Under the pieces are notes generated by a model, which saw only the letters and a list, made by a program, of their open reading frames with translations, was not told the origin of the DNA and made no database searches. A DNA stretch of 61,944 bases, from positions 1 to 61,944 of IMG/VR virus record IMGVR_UViG_3300032268_000572, one strand, 5' to 3'. This document shows, in pieces, positions 1-9,745 of this stretch. The position numbers were made by a program, and so were the translations under genes. This DNA is from a virus (Duplodnaviria; Caudoviricetes). Positions within the stretch are counted from its first letter, which is position 1; each line of letters begins with the position of its first letter.

Positions 1-78
1 AATTGCAAAAACGATGGAAGTATTAGAAGATTTTATTTACCTTAATTATTTAAAATAGAGAAACAAGATAGGAAGATA

Positions 79-312
79 ATGAGTGAAGAAGAGCAGAGAA
101 CGCACTGGATTAATAATGGAGCGCTAACGCCAGAAGAAAGAATTTCGTACTACGAAAGAGAAATAGAACTATCCCTTGAACAGGGCGAATTGAACGCTCG
201 TAAGAAGATTTTCAAGAAATTAGCCGAATCTGGGGTTGGACACTACGCTGGCGAGGGTTTATTTGTGGTAGACATAGACGGACACGCTGGTAAAGTCGTC
301 AAAATAGATTAA
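79..312 (+). CDS. hypothetical protein
   Basis: 77-aa ORF with AGGAAG RBS. Confidence 0.6.
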   Translation: MSEEEQRTHWINNGALTPEERISYYEREIELSLEQGELNARKKIFKKLAESGVGHYAGEGLFVVDIDGHAGKVVKID

Positions 313-353
313 TAAGATTTGACTAAGGTAGTAGTTTTCGGTAAACTATACCT

Positions 354-857
354 ATGAAAACTAGAAACGATGAATCTGTAACCGTAAACGTCCTTACTTT
401 TGTTAGAACCAACAATGTAGTGACCGCTGAGCTTAAGAAAAGCGGCGAAGGTTGGTGCGCAGAATGGTTGGTAAGTACTAACTTTCTCCCAACTATTACC
501 TTGGTAGGTAGTATGGCTATCCCAATACATGGTGACACTGAAGCTGAGGTATCTAGAAGAGCTGAATTTATGGTAGATGATGTTTTAAACTTCATTGTTA
601 CCAACGTTGGGGGCTCTGGAAGTCTTTCTAAAGCCCTAAATAAAGACAGCATGGTAGAAGTGGGGCTTGCCCACATCAAGGCTCATAGAGATATTTGTGT
701 ACTTCCTAGCGTTTCTGAGCAATCTGCCTTAGAGTATCTGTTCTTAGTACATCAAATTGGCTATGTAGCCAAGCCAGCTCACGTTATGGCTGAGCTAGAC
801 GGGGTAAATTTGACAACTATAAAAAGAAGGATAGCTCGCACCATTTATGGGCACTAG
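354..857 (+). CDS. hypothetical protein with probable C-terminal HTH
   Basis: C-terminal PAHVMAELDGVNLTTIKRRIAR is HTH-like. Confidence 0.55.
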   Translation: MKTRNDESVTVNVLTFVRTNNVVTAELKKSGEGWCAEWLVSTNFLPTITLVGSMAIPIHGDTEAEVSRRAEFMVDDVLNFIVTNVGGSGSLSKALNKDSMVEVGLAHIKAHRDICVLPSVSEQSALEYLFLVHQIGYVAKPAHVMAELDGVNLTTIKRRIARTIYGH

Positions 858-921
858 TGTGCTAAAATTATTGAGTGGCGGATATGTGATTGTCTGTTCA
901 TGATTACTCCTTTCTGTAGTA

Positions 922-1006
922 AAAAGAGGCCCCCCAGTTTGTTGCTTTCTGGGGGGTTTCTTATAGGCAAAGAAATACCCCCGTTTTCTAGGCGGGGGTT
1001 TTCTTA
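922..1006. terminator. two GC-rich hairpins between convergent genes (bidirectional terminator)
   Basis: ccccccag/ctgggggg and ccccgtt/ggcgggg stems flanked by A and T runs. Confidence 0.7.
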
Positions 1007-1025
1007 TTCCTTGTCGGAAACTTAT

Positions 1026-1790
1026 TTATGGAAGTTTTCCCCAAGTTATTGGGCCAACTATTCCATCAACCTTTAAGCCGTTTTTTGCTTGAAAAGCTCT
1101 AACTGCTTTATCAGTAATTGGACCAAACTGACCATCAGTTTTTAACTTAAGTACTGACTGAAGATACTTAACTAAGTTTCCAGTCGAGCCTCTTTTTAAA
1201 GAACCAGATAGTTTTGGCTTTGATGTTCCAAATACTTGAGTTGGAGTTGGAATTGTAACTGGTGTAGAAGGTGCAACACCAGACGCTCGTCTGTTACATT
1301 CAGCAACTATGTAGTCAAGCTGGGACATAATGAATGGTCCGGGACAAGCAGTTGATTTGTATTGTGAGTGCCAAGCAATAAAGAACTCTGACTGTGCAAC
1401 GGATGGTTGATTTCTAGCAAATCCCTTACCAGCTCTAGGCGACTGACTTGCGTGATAAACAATCACGTCAATCAAAGCTTCAAGTGATTCAGGTGATATA
1501 GGCCAATCTCCACCGACAGATGAGTTATCTATTTCAAACGATACAGCGTTTGGGTCTGGGGCTCCACCAGTTGAGTGGGGTCTGCGACTGGGATTAACAA
1601 TTCCAGTTACAGCCCCACTTCTGGCGATGTGGTACGTAGGGTGTGAATCTCTAGTGTTAGCGTTGGCTACATAAGATAATCCATTAGTGCCTGCAACGTG
1701 GTGTATTACTACACCATTTATTGATTGCCCGTTACGAGAGCCACCAAATCCGTTGTCTTGTACTCCTGATACTTTTGGATACCATGTCAT
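1026..1790 (-). CDS. endolysin: N-acetylmuramoyl-L-alanine amidase (Amidase_2) plus C-terminal PG-binding domain
   Basis: VVIHHVA, YHI, SFEI, AWH..TACPG motifs; C-terminal LKRGSTG..DGQFGPIT..DGIVGPITW; start moved to MTWYPK (GGAG RBS). Confidence 0.88.
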   Translation of the reverse strand: MTWYPKVSGVQDNGFGGSRNGQSINGVVIHHVAGTNGLSYVANANTRDSHPTYHIARSGAVTGIVNPSRRPHSTGGAPDPNAVSFEIDNSSVGGDWPISPESLEALIDVIVYHASQSPRAGKGFARNQPSVAQSEFFIAWHSQYKSTACPGPFIMSQLDYIVAECNRRASGVAPSTPVTIPTPTQVFGTSKPKLSGSLKRGSTGNLVKYLQSVLKLKTDGQFGPITDKAVRAFQAKNGLKVDGIVGPITWGKLP

Positions 1791-1919
1791 ACTTTTCTCC
1801 TTTTTAACATTTATTTCTCCTTGCGCGTTGAAACTTGTTTCCATTTTTAGAAACAATAGTGCCGTCTTCGACAAGCCCCCCTTGATTTATAAAGTAAAAG
1901 TAAAGTTAAGTACTTTTTA

Positions 1920-2600
1920 TTAGCCCAGTAGTCCCCAAGTTTTAGGTCCGACAATGCCATCTGCGGTTAGACCTTTTGAAGCTTGGAAAGCAACAACAGC
2001 AGCGTGAGTCTTTGGACCGAATGGACCAGTAGGGTTTACGCCTAGTTTGTTTTGTAGGTAGAGAACAGCTGGTCCAGCAGGCTCACCTTTTTGTAGGTAT
2101 CTTCCTGGATAAGCCATAACTCCTTTAGGCAACTTCTTTGCAGGTGCAACACTTGCAGGGGCAGGTGCAACACTTGTTGGTGCGCCACGGAAAGCTTCGT
2201 AGTCAAGGTTGCCAGCACCCATTGTTGGTTTGCCACCGACTCGGAATGAGAAGTGCAAGTGAGCGCCGTAGCCAGTCATTGAGCCCAGCCCTGAGCCACC
2301 AGAGAGACCAAGTACTTGACCCTGTTTTACTGCCTGTCCTGGCTGGACATCAATTCTTGAAAGGTGTAGATAGTCTGCTGTGTGACCTGATGGAAAGCTT
2401 AGGAAGATCATCATTCCACCAGAGCCAGTAAAGGTATTGGTAACGCCTATAACAGTTCCATCAGCAACTGCTTTGACTGGTGTGCCAGTACCGACGGCGT
2501 AGTCAATGCCTGGGTTTAGAGCTGGCTTTGCTCTGTTCTTATGTCCATCAAAAGTATCTGAAATTGAGCCGCCATCTACTGGCCTAATCCATGTTGACAT
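1920..2600 (-). CDS. M23 family peptidase plus PG-binding domain
   Basis: GIDY, GTPVKAVADG, YLHL, V..GQVLG, AHLHF motifs; C-terminal DGIVGPKTW. Confidence 0.88.
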   Translation of the reverse strand: MSTWIRPVDGGSISDTFDGHKNRAKPALNPGIDYAVGTGTPVKAVADGTVIGVTNTFTGSGGMMIFLSFPSGHTADYLHLSRIDVQPGQAVKQGQVLGLSGGSGLGSMTGYGAHLHFSFRVGGKPTMGAGNLDYEAFRGAPTSVAPAPASVAPAKKLPKGVMAYPGRYLQKGEPAGPAVLYLQNKLGVNPTGPFGPKTHAAVVAFQASKGLTADGIVGPKTWGLLG

Positions 2601-2677
2601 TGTGATTCTCCTTGGTTTGTGATTTAAAATTTAGGGTTTTCCCTACTAACAATTTTACAACCAAAACTAAGTTCTTA

Positions 2678-3073
2678 TTATTTACGCTTCTTTTTTAACA
2701 ATTCAAAGTCTTTAACTTTAGTTTCGCCTAAGTAGTCCCATGCGTAACCGCTAGAAACTAGAGAAGCATTAACGGATTCAGTTGCTCCATCAATAAAAAG
2801 CCATCCAAGGATTCGACCATACTTTTCGGTAGAGTCTGGCTTTTCTGTGCGAATTACTATTTCCTTGGCTGACTTTAGAAGCTCTGCTAAATGTTTCTTA
2901 GACTCTAGTCCTAGGGCTTTTTCTACCTTGTCAGTAGTCCTAGACTCTGGGGTATCAATACCCGCAAGCCTAACTCTCTGAGTGTAGGAAATGCTAAATC
3001 CTAGGTCAATGTCAACATCAATAGTGTCTCCATCAACTACTTTTAATACTTGCTTAACTCTGTACTCGTACAT
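2678..3073 (-). CDS. thermonuclease (SNase-like)
   Basis: VVDGDT, RVRLAGIDTPE, KYGRILG, VN..LV..GYA; start at MYEYRV. Confidence 0.88.
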   Translation of the reverse strand: MYEYRVKQVLKVVDGDTIDVDIDLGFSISYTQRVRLAGIDTPESRTTDKVEKALGLESKKHLAELLKSAKEIVIRTEKPDSTEKYGRILGWLFIDGATESVNASLVSSGYAWDYLGETKVKDFELLKKKRK

Positions 3074-3075
3074 GG

Positions 3076-3261
3076 TTAATCTTCTTCTTTCTCGTAACGC
3101 ATAGGGAAAGTAACTATCCAAACAAGTAGTGTGAGGATGATTAGGGACCCTGTTAAGTCACGTGCAGAACCTTCAAGTACCAAGTAGGCGATAGCCATAC
3201 CTAGTAAAGTCCATGCTTGTTCAATTAAATCCTTAGCTAGTGCGATTAGGAAATGAATCAT
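3076..3261 (-). CDS. small two-TM membrane protein
   Basis: two hydrophobic stretches; overlaps stop of the upstream gene. Confidence 0.65.
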   Translation of the reverse strand: MIHFLIALAKDLIEQAWTLLGMAIAYLVLEGSARDLTGSLIILTLLVWIVTFPMRYEKEED

Positions 3262-4712
3262 TTGATGCTCCTTTTTAGTTTGATACGTGGTTTCTTTATT
3301 GTTGTTTTTGACTTTGCTTTTGTCTTTACTTGTTTACGAGTCTTTGGCTTAGATTTGGATTCGTTACCTACTGGCGCTCCTCCTCCTCCTGAGCCACCTG
3401 TTGGTGCTACGCTTCCTGCTGGAGCTGAACCAGCTGCCATTGTGGCAACGGTTGCAACTTGTCCAACAATTACTGAGGCAACTACTACTTCTTCTGAGGT
3501 CTCACGTACTTGTGGGCTCATATCAGAACCTGCGTTACCTAAAGCGTTTACTAAATCAATAGCTCCTGCCAAGGCGTCACCTAGAAGTGGAATAGCTGCT
3601 AGCTCTTCATCTAGAACTATGTCGTCCTGCTGGGAAGCTAGATAAAGGGCATCAAGAGCCTGCTCGTACTCTGGGGAGCCCTGCTCGGCTGTCTCGAAGG
3701 TCTCTAGGGCTACTTCTATTAGGGCTTCTGCTTGTTCGAGTGTTAAGTCAGTGCCATCAATTTGGGCTAGGTCTACCTCCATAAGCTCCTCTGGTGAAAG
3801 TTCTACTGGCAAATCTTCAGCAAAAGTGATAGGCTCTTCTTCGATGGGAGTTGGTTCAGATGGAGAAGGTTCTTCAAGAGGTTCCTCAGGTTCTGTGGTT
3901 GGCAGTATTGTTGGCTCTGGTTCCTCTGGTTGCTGGGTTATCGTTGGTTCTGGCTGTGGCTCTGGCTCCGAAGTTGGCTCAGGGGTTGGTTGTTCTGTCG
4001 GTTGTGGTGTTGGGCTCTCTGTTGGTTCAGGAGTTGGAGTTGGACTCGGAGTAGGGGTAGGCTCTGGAGCTGGGGGAACTGTAGGTTCTGGCTCTGGGGG
4101 AGTTGTAATTGTTTGAATTGTTAGAGGCTGTACTGGGCCTCCCTGTGTGTAACGAACACCATATCTAGCACCTGCTGGTGCAGTATTACTTACTTGATAA
4201 GTGGGGGTCCAAGTGTAATTTACTGGGTTTACTTCTGCAATCATTCTTATGTAGACAGGGTTTCCAGAAGACTGGCCCCAAGGTAATACTTTCCAGTCAA
4301 CGCAAATGGAAGTGGCTGTTGAGCCATATCTAACATACAAGTCGTTATTGATTCCCCATCCAGGATTCCAAACTCCCTGAGTTGTTTGGTTTGGAAAAGC
4401 ATGGTAATCCCATGAAGCTATAGAGATTGACGGGGTTTGTGGGTAGTCCCAGAAAGTGAAGTCTCCTTGACCAAAGGTCATTGTGCCTTTTGGACTTACA
4501 TAAATGTTGCCATTGTAGATTGTGCCACCAAACTCAAGTGGGGTGTTTAGGTTCATTAAGAATGCTTGGTCACCACCGTTTACTTGGTAGGTATCGCAGG
4601 CGGCGCTATTGGCATATGCGTAATCGGAAGCCAGAAAACTTGGCGAAAACGTTAGTATAGTAACTAGTAAAACTTTTGGGAAAGTTAGTATTAGTGGTTT
4701 TGAGTTTAACAA
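3258..4712 (-). CDS. exported/membrane-anchored protein with Pro/Thr/Glu-rich stalk
   Basis: signal-peptide-like N-terminus, globular domain, (PT/PE)n linker, acidic domain, hydrophobic segment, basic tail. Confidence 0.75.
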   Translation of the reverse strand: MLNSKPLILTFPKVLLVTILTFSPSFLASDYAYANSAACDTYQVNGGDQAFLMNLNTPLEFGGTIYNGNIYVSPKGTMTFGQGDFTFWDYPQTPSISIASWDYHAFPNQTTQGVWNPGWGINNDLYVRYGSTATSICVDWKVLPWGQSSGNPVYIRMIAEVNPVNYTWTPTYQVSNTAPAGARYGVRYTQGGPVQPLTIQTITTPPEPEPTVPPAPEPTPTPSPTPTPEPTESPTPQPTEQPTPEPTSEPEPQPEPTITQQPEEPEPTILPTTEPEEPLEEPSPSEPTPIEEEPITFAEDLPVELSPEELMEVDLAQIDGTDLTLEQAEALIEVALETFETAEQGSPEYEQALDALYLASQQDDIVLDEELAAIPLLGDALAGAIDLVNALGNAGSDMSPQVRETSEEVVVASVIVGQVATVATMAAGSAPAGSVAPTGGSGGGGAPVGNESKSKPKTRKQVKTKAKSKTTIKKPRIKLKRSIK

Positions 4713-4726
4713 TTTATGCCTTTGAG

Positions 4727-5083
4727 TTAGTTGATTTGCTTTTTTGGGGATGTTACTGTAGAATAGGTAGAAAGACGGAAGGAGTGGTCGGAGGTGAAAA
4801 ATGGAAATAAGCTTTGTATTGGATTGGGGTAGCTTCTTTTTTGGAGCTTTAGCCCTGCTTTTACTTGAGTTTTTTGTGCTGGTATTTTTGGCAGTAGGCC
4901 AAGCTTTGAGGCAGAAGAAGCAAAAAGAAAACTCTGGGTTGTTGTCAGGTTTGGCAGAGCCACTAAGAAAGCGTCGCTAGAATTAGGCGTACTTGAAATA
5001 CCCCTTGGCTTAGCTGAGGGGTTTTTCTCTATGAAATTGTGGCGATTCTCTCCCGCATCGCCCCTGTTGTTGGGGCGTAGCAT
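4727..5083 (-). CDS. hypothetical basic protein
   Basis: fills the gap in a minus-strand run; no recognisable motif. Confidence 0.35.
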   Translation of the reverse strand: MLRPNNRGDAGENRHNFIEKNPSAKPRGISSTPNSSDAFLVALPNLTTTQSFLFASSASKLGLLPKIPAQKTQVKAGLKLQKRSYPNPIQSLFPFFTSDHSFRLSTYSTVTSPKKQIN

Positions 5084-5088
5084 TTGGT

Positions 5089-5322
5089 CTAGCTTTCTGT
5101 AGTAGGCCCTTTTAAGGACGTATCCCAGATGGAGGCGCGGACATCTTCCATAAGCTCATAAGCTGTAGTAGCTAAGTCTTCTGTTGCGAGAAGGAGGTCT
5201 GCCTTATCTTCTGGGAAAATCGGTTGTAGCAAGTTTGCATGAGCTTCTGCGATTACGTGGGTAGCAAGCTTAATCTTACGTAGATTTGCTTGGATGTTTT
5301 CTTGGTAATCATTCGAATTCAT
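5089..5322 (-). CDS. hypothetical protein
   Basis: 77-aa helical ORF; TGcTATAAAAT -10-like sequence just upstream. Confidence 0.6.
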   Translation of the reverse strand: MNSNDYQENIQANLRKIKLATHVIAEAHANLLQPIFPEDKADLLLATEDLATTAYELMEDVRASIWDTSLKGPTTES

Positions 5323-5383
5323 AGTTCTATTTTATAGCAAAACTTTTTATTTGATTGTCATACATTGACGGTTTTGTGCAAGT

Positions 5384-6337
5384 TTATTGTTTTAAGGACT
5401 CTTCTTCACGTAAGTTTTCTAGGTCCTTAGTTACACTCCAAACAGAGTCTAAAACCATTTCCTTACGCTCTTTTAAAGACAGCTCTTTAATAACATCAAT
5501 ATTCTTAGATAAGTCTTCTAGCGTACCCTTCATAGTCCCCTCGCCTTCACCAAAAGTCCTTTCGATGAACTTAGCCACCTTTGAATCCAGACGGAACCAT
5601 TCACCTTCAACACGGTGCTTACGTAGTAAGAAATGGAAGTGCCTCTCTAATTTTTCAGTGCCAGGAACGTAGCCAATTAGCTTGGCTCTCTTAAGGTTAA
5701 TGCCATTAGGGAAGATAGTGCCACCACCACTACCCGCAGTGAGGGTCTTGAATCGGCTACTCGGGTCAACTGACTTGCCAATTTTTACATATCCGTCGCA
5801 CTCGATAAAGTAAACATAGGAGTCTTGAGGCTTTTCCAGCATAGCTCGCATCGTTTCGACAGTAATATCCCCTATAGCCTCCAGCTTCTTGAGGACGTCT
5901 AGCTTCCACTCAAGGACAGTTTCCTTTTGCCAAGCGTCTAGCCACTCATCTAACTGCTCTACAGAGTATGCAGGTAGGCGGCCAACTCTTTCTCGAGAAT
6001 GCTGGGAGCAAAAGTCTCCACGGTCCTTGTGCCTGAAGCAGTGTCTACCAGAAGTGGTAGTTGCCTCGCAAAGCTTATTAATTTCGTCTCGATGACAGTA
6101 CAAGCAACGATAGGTAATCCAGTTGTCTTCGTCTTCATACTCAACGCAGGTCTCGGAGTAGTATCCGCTGGTCTGGCGACATACAGCACCCAGGTGGTCT
6201 ACATAGACATATTTATGACCATTGCCACGCCTAGACAAAATCTCTTCTGTGGTCCATACCTTTAGTAGAGCGTCTCTTTGCTCTAGGCTACCGTAAAACA
6301 TCTGCTTCCTTCCGTAGATTAATCTACAATGTAGCAT
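5384..6337 (-). CDS. GIY-YIG / T5orf172 (MUG113-like) domain protein with Cys-rich N-terminus
   Basis: YVYFIE..YVKIGKS..P..R, LERHFHF...HRVEGEWF. Confidence 0.8.
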   Translation of the reverse strand: MLHCRLIYGRKQMFYGSLEQRDALLKVWTTEEILSRRGNGHKYVYVDHLGAVCRQTSGYYSETCVEYEDEDNWITYRCLYCHRDEINKLCEATTTSGRHCFRHKDRGDFCSQHSRERVGRLPAYSVEQLDEWLDAWQKETVLEWKLDVLKKLEAIGDITVETMRAMLEKPQDSYVYFIECDGYVKIGKSVDPSSRFKTLTAGSGGGTIFPNGINLKRAKLIGYVPGTEKLERHFHFLLRKHRVEGEWFRLDSKVAKFIERTFGEGEGTMKGTLEDLSKNIDVIKELSLKERKEMVLDSVWSVTKDLENLREEESLKQ

Positions 6338-6457
6338 CTACTTAAAGAAGTCGCAAGGTATTTTTGTATAGACTTAAGATGAAGTTTGGTAACGCTTTTG
6401 CATGGGTAGCTCTTAAAAATCGTACATTAAATTAGAGGGCTAAAAATGGCTATTTTC

Positions 6458-6777
6458 AAACCTAACGTACCTAATAACCTAACGTACTGAGAATCCCAGA
6501 GGAAATGGATTTCACTTTTAGGGGTCAAGTACTATCATGGAAAACGTGTTGTAAAGGTGTGATTCGTGATAGTATCTAGGTGGTTGGTACTATCAAGAAA
6601 TGAAAAAAGTAGGGCAATTTTTTGATGATAGTAGCGGCCAAAATAGTATAGTAAAACAAACCTAATGTACCTAATAACTCAATGTACTGAGAATTTGGTC
6701 AAAACGATATTTTTTATTTTTTCCCATATAACGGATTCTCAGTCGGAAGAGTTATTAGGTTGCTTAGGTACGTTGAG
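6458..6777. repeat. iteron-like repeat cluster (candidate replication origin)
   Basis: 37-bp repeat at 6458 and 6658, rearranged inverted copy at 6735-6777, four TACTATCA sites in alternating orientation (6530, 6567, 6588, 6626). Confidence 0.7.
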
Positions 6778-6800
6778 TATGCTAAAGTATAGATATCAGA

Positions 6801-7271
6801 ATGAAGGAGATAAAAATGACAAATCCATTTGATTTTTTGGACATAAGTGAGGAAGAAGCTAAGACAGCTTTAGACGAAGCAAACAGATATGGAAAGCGTG
6901 ATGGACGTATTTGTATCTGTGGTCACTCACTAAAATTCCACAACTTTATCGACAGTCGAGGCGTCCATGTTTGTAATGCCTTGAAGCAAGCTTGTCCTTG
7001 TAAAAACCCAAGAGTGGTTATTGAAAGCACTAACACCAGAGTCTTCATGAGAAAGACTGAAGGTGGGGGTGGGCTTCATGCTTTGGTTCGAGGAATCGCT
7101 GGGGCACAGAAACTTGGTGCAACGGTTGATTGGGTTGTTGATATGAAGTGCGATAGGTGCGGGACTGAGGGACCAATAGCACCTGTACCTATTTCAGCTG
7201 AGGGCTCTATTCAAAGCAGGTCTACTGGCTATGAGGCTCTACTATGCAGGACATGCCGAGAGCAGATATAA
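6801..7271 (+). CDS. Cys/His-rich (Zn-binding) hypothetical protein
   Basis: CICGH..H..C..CPC and two CxxC pairs; true start may be MTNPF at 6816. Confidence 0.7.
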   Translation: MKEIKMTNPFDFLDISEEEAKTALDEANRYGKRDGRICICGHSLKFHNFIDSRGVHVCNALKQACPCKNPRVVIESTNTRVFMRKTEGGGGLHALVRGIAGAQKLGATVDWVVDMKCDRCGTEGPIAPVPISAEGSIQSRSTGYEALLCRTCREQI

Positions 7272-7273
7272 GC

Positions 7274-7301
7274 TTGACTTTTAGGCTTAATCCTGTATAA
7301 T
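7274..7301 (+). promoter_or_regulatory. SigA-type promoter
   Basis: TTGACT-N16-TATAAT. Confidence 0.6.
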
Positions 7302-7327
7302 AGACACTAGCGTTAAGAAAGGACGTA

Positions 7328-7693
7328 ATGGAAGACGATTTAATAAAAGAGCAGATTGATAACTCTTTTGATGGAGTTGAGTTTGTAGCTTTGAAAACAA
7401 CCTTTGGCAAGATTAATGTCGTGTCTTTGAGTGAGTTGCCTCTAGCTACAATGATTGATTTCGCTAAGACCCCTAACGATGAGAAGACAGCCAAGATTCT
7501 TAACCTGCTTAAGACTTGCCTTGTAGACCCATTAGATTGGGAAAAGATTGAGCTAGAACTAACTACTCGTGAGGCTATGTCTTTGATTCCCCAGTGGATG
7601 GCTAAAAGCTCAGAAGATGTAGATGAGTTTGAGTACAACATCAAAAATAGACAGAATGAGGGGGAGGACGGAGATGACGAAACCACACTATGA
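7328..7693 (+). CDS. hypothetical protein
   Basis: GAAAGGA RBS; 121 aa, acidic. Confidence 0.7.
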   Translation: MEDDLIKEQIDNSFDGVEFVALKTTFGKINVVSLSELPLATMIDFAKTPNDEKTAKILNLLKTCLVDPLDWEKIELELTTREAMSLIPQWMAKSSEDVDEFEYNIKNRQNEGEDGDDETTL

Positions 7694-8336
7694 CGTTCTG
7701 ATTGCTACACCGGGAAGTAGCCTTGAGCCAGCTTATGTTGAGAGCTTGGTCCAAACTACAGAGTGGCTTAACTCAAAAGGCTTAACTTACAAATGGCTCA
7801 ATAAAAGTTCCTCCTTTGTTCCATCGGCTAGAGAGCTAACGGCTACTGATACTTACTTTCAAAACTATGAAACTAACGAAATAGGCAGTGGCGAATTTAC
7901 CTATGGCGTTATCTTTTGGATAGATAGTGACATCTCTTGGGACGTCGAAGACTTTGTACAAATCTATGAAAGCGATAAGGAAATAATTTCAGGACTTTAT
8001 CAGACTCACCCAAATGGAACTGTGGCAGTAGCTTTTGATAGTGGTAATGGTTTGCCAAGGAAAGTCAATGAGTCAGAGTTTATCTTGTGGGACGAGCCAG
8101 TAGAAGCTTGGGGTGTTGGGTTTGGATTTGTTGCCATGAAGCAAGGAGTCTTTGAGAAGATTTCTAGGCCTTGGTTTGAGATTAAAAAAGTCAGATGGCC
8201 TGAGCATGAGTTTGATACTAATGTTGGAGAAGACTATTCTTGGTGTATGAAAGCTAGAGAAGCTGGCTACCAAGTATTAATAAACCCAAGCGTTAAAGTG
8301 TTACATCACAAATCGACAATTTATAAGATTAGATAG
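7674..8336 (+). CDS. GT-A fold glycosyltransferase (GT2-like)
   Basis: LIATP, FWIDSDI (DxD), ISGLY, GFGFVAM, GEDYSWC; start at MTKPHY. Confidence 0.82.
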   Translation: MTKPHYDVLIATPGSSLEPAYVESLVQTTEWLNSKGLTYKWLNKSSSFVPSARELTATDTYFQNYETNEIGSGEFTYGVIFWIDSDISWDVEDFVQIYESDKEIISGLYQTHPNGTVAVAFDSGNGLPRKVNESEFILWDEPVEAWGVGFGFVAMKQGVFEKISRPWFEIKKVRWPEHEFDTNVGEDYSWCMKAREAGYQVLINPSVKVLHHKSTIYKIR

Positions 8337-8344
8337 GAGGAGAG

Positions 8345-8533
8345 ATGAGAAAACTAATAGATTACTTTTGGTCGTTTGTTCGAAAAGGACAACTTAAGCC
8401 TTACGAGCATGGTCCAGCTGTAAAGTTCTATAGTTACGTTCCTGTACTAGAGCGTGAAAAAAATGGAAAATGGATTGTACCTAAAGAAGAGACAACAGGA
8501 GATAATTGCAAGTGCCACCAAAAAGATAGCTAG
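8345..8533 (+). CDS. hypothetical protein
   Basis: GGAGG RBS; in operon. Confidence 0.55.
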   Translation: MRKLIDYFWSFVRKGQLKPYEHGPAVKFYSYVPVLEREKNGKWIVPKEETTGDNCKCHQKDS

Positions 8534-8535
8534 AG

Positions 8536-9174
8536 ATGGATTATACAATAAAACAAATCGACAGCAAATCTGCTACTGAGATGGTTGTTGAAAATCACTA
8601 CCTACATCGACGGGCATCAACTATGTTCGCCTATGGTCTTTTCGATGGTGAGGAAATGATTGGTTGCATAATCTATGGAAAGCCAGCCTCTAATGCTTTA
8701 TGTGTTGGAGTCTGTGGGCCAGATGAATCTTCTAAGGTTTTGGAGCTGACTCGTCTTTGGATTAAAGATGGCACTCCTAAAAACACAGAGTCTTTCTTAA
8801 TTGGTCGAAGCTTGAGAATGTTGCCAAACGATAGGGACATTGTTGTAAGCTATGCCGAAATTGGGGCAGGTCATATTGGGGTTGTCTACCAAGCGACCAA
8901 TTGGATTTATACAGGGATGTCAGACAAACACGTGGAATGGAAATTAGATGGAAAATCAGCAAGTCACTCAAGACACATTTTCGATGAGTATGGTGGAGTT
9001 AATGGAGCAAAGGCTTATTTTGGGGATAGACTCGAACGCCACGAAAGGCCCCGCAAGCACAGATACATCTACTTCAATACCAACAACAAGTGGCGCCGCC
9101 GTGAGCTTAACGCCAAGCTTAGATACGCAAGACAGCCATACCCTAAACGCGAGGTGCTTCAAGTAAATGATTAG
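8536..9174 (+). CDS. Mom-like DNA modification acetyltransferase (GNAT fold)
   Basis: HYLHR, ELTRLW, PKNTESFLI, VVSYA, GHIGVVYQATNWIYTG, KHRY motifs of the Mu Mom family. Confidence 0.82.
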   Translation: MDYTIKQIDSKSATEMVVENHYLHRRASTMFAYGLFDGEEMIGCIIYGKPASNALCVGVCGPDESSKVLELTRLWIKDGTPKNTESFLIGRSLRMLPNDRDIVVSYAEIGAGHIGVVYQATNWIYTGMSDKHVEWKLDGKSASHSRHIFDEYGGVNGAKAYFGDRLERHERPRKHRYIYFNTNNKWRRRELNAKLRYARQPYPKREVLQVND

Positions 9175-9367
9175 TAAAAGGCGTTCCTTAGTTAAGTCTG
9201 TAACTTGGAGGGTGGTGGCAGTTTTAGTTACCTTCTTGGTTGGGCTAATTATGACTGGCAATTTAGAGTTTGCCCTGTCTCTGTCATTAGTCTCTAACTT
9301 TGTGAACTTTGTTCTTTACTACTTTCACGAGAGAGTTTGGCTCAGGATTAAGTGGGGGAAAATATAA
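9167..9367 (+). CDS. DUF2061-like membrane protein
   Basis: RSLVKSVTWRV ... YYFHERVW. Confidence 0.78.
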   Translation: MISKRRSLVKSVTWRVVAVLVTFLVGLIMTGNLEFALSLSLVSNFVNFVLYYFHERVWLRIKWGKI

Positions 9368-9630
9368 TTAAGAGAGGCACCATCAAAGAAGTGGCTCCCC
9401 TGATTGGGGTGTCTGTTCACACCATGTATCAGTGGCGGGTTATTACCCTCTTACAGTTTGGTGATGACCGTAAAGTTAGCGTGGCTCATGCTCTAAAAGT
9501 TAAAGAGTTTATGAAGAAATGGCGAAAGCATAATAACCAAAAAGGCAAGATGCCGGGTATCACCAGAGGTGGGTTTAAGAACTTTCCCGAATCAGTTTTA
9601 GAGAAGATTAGAAAAGACCTACAACCCTAG
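9352..9630 (+). CDS. small HTH-like protein
   Basis: TIKEVAPLIGVSVHTMYQW. Confidence 0.55.
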   Translation: MGENIIKRGTIKEVAPLIGVSVHTMYQWRVITLLQFGDDRKVSVAHALKVKEFMKKWRKHNNQKGKMPGITRGGFKNFPESVLEKIRKDLQP

Positions 9631-9745
9631 TATTTACTGGGGAGTTTTTCCGTTTCTAAATAGGGAAAGTGCCTCCGTCTCTCTCCACGCGCTGTTTTTC
9701 GTTCGGCATACTGTTATCGTAACCTTTCTAACTTAGGAGATAACA

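Noticed and set aside
3751-4124. Gly/Ser/Val-rich + strand ORFs
   Set aside because: Antisense shadows of the Pro/Thr/Glu linker of the minus-strand gene
7328-7693. Tail assembly chaperone call
   Set aside because: Only a vague resemblance, far from tail genes, and no slippery site identified
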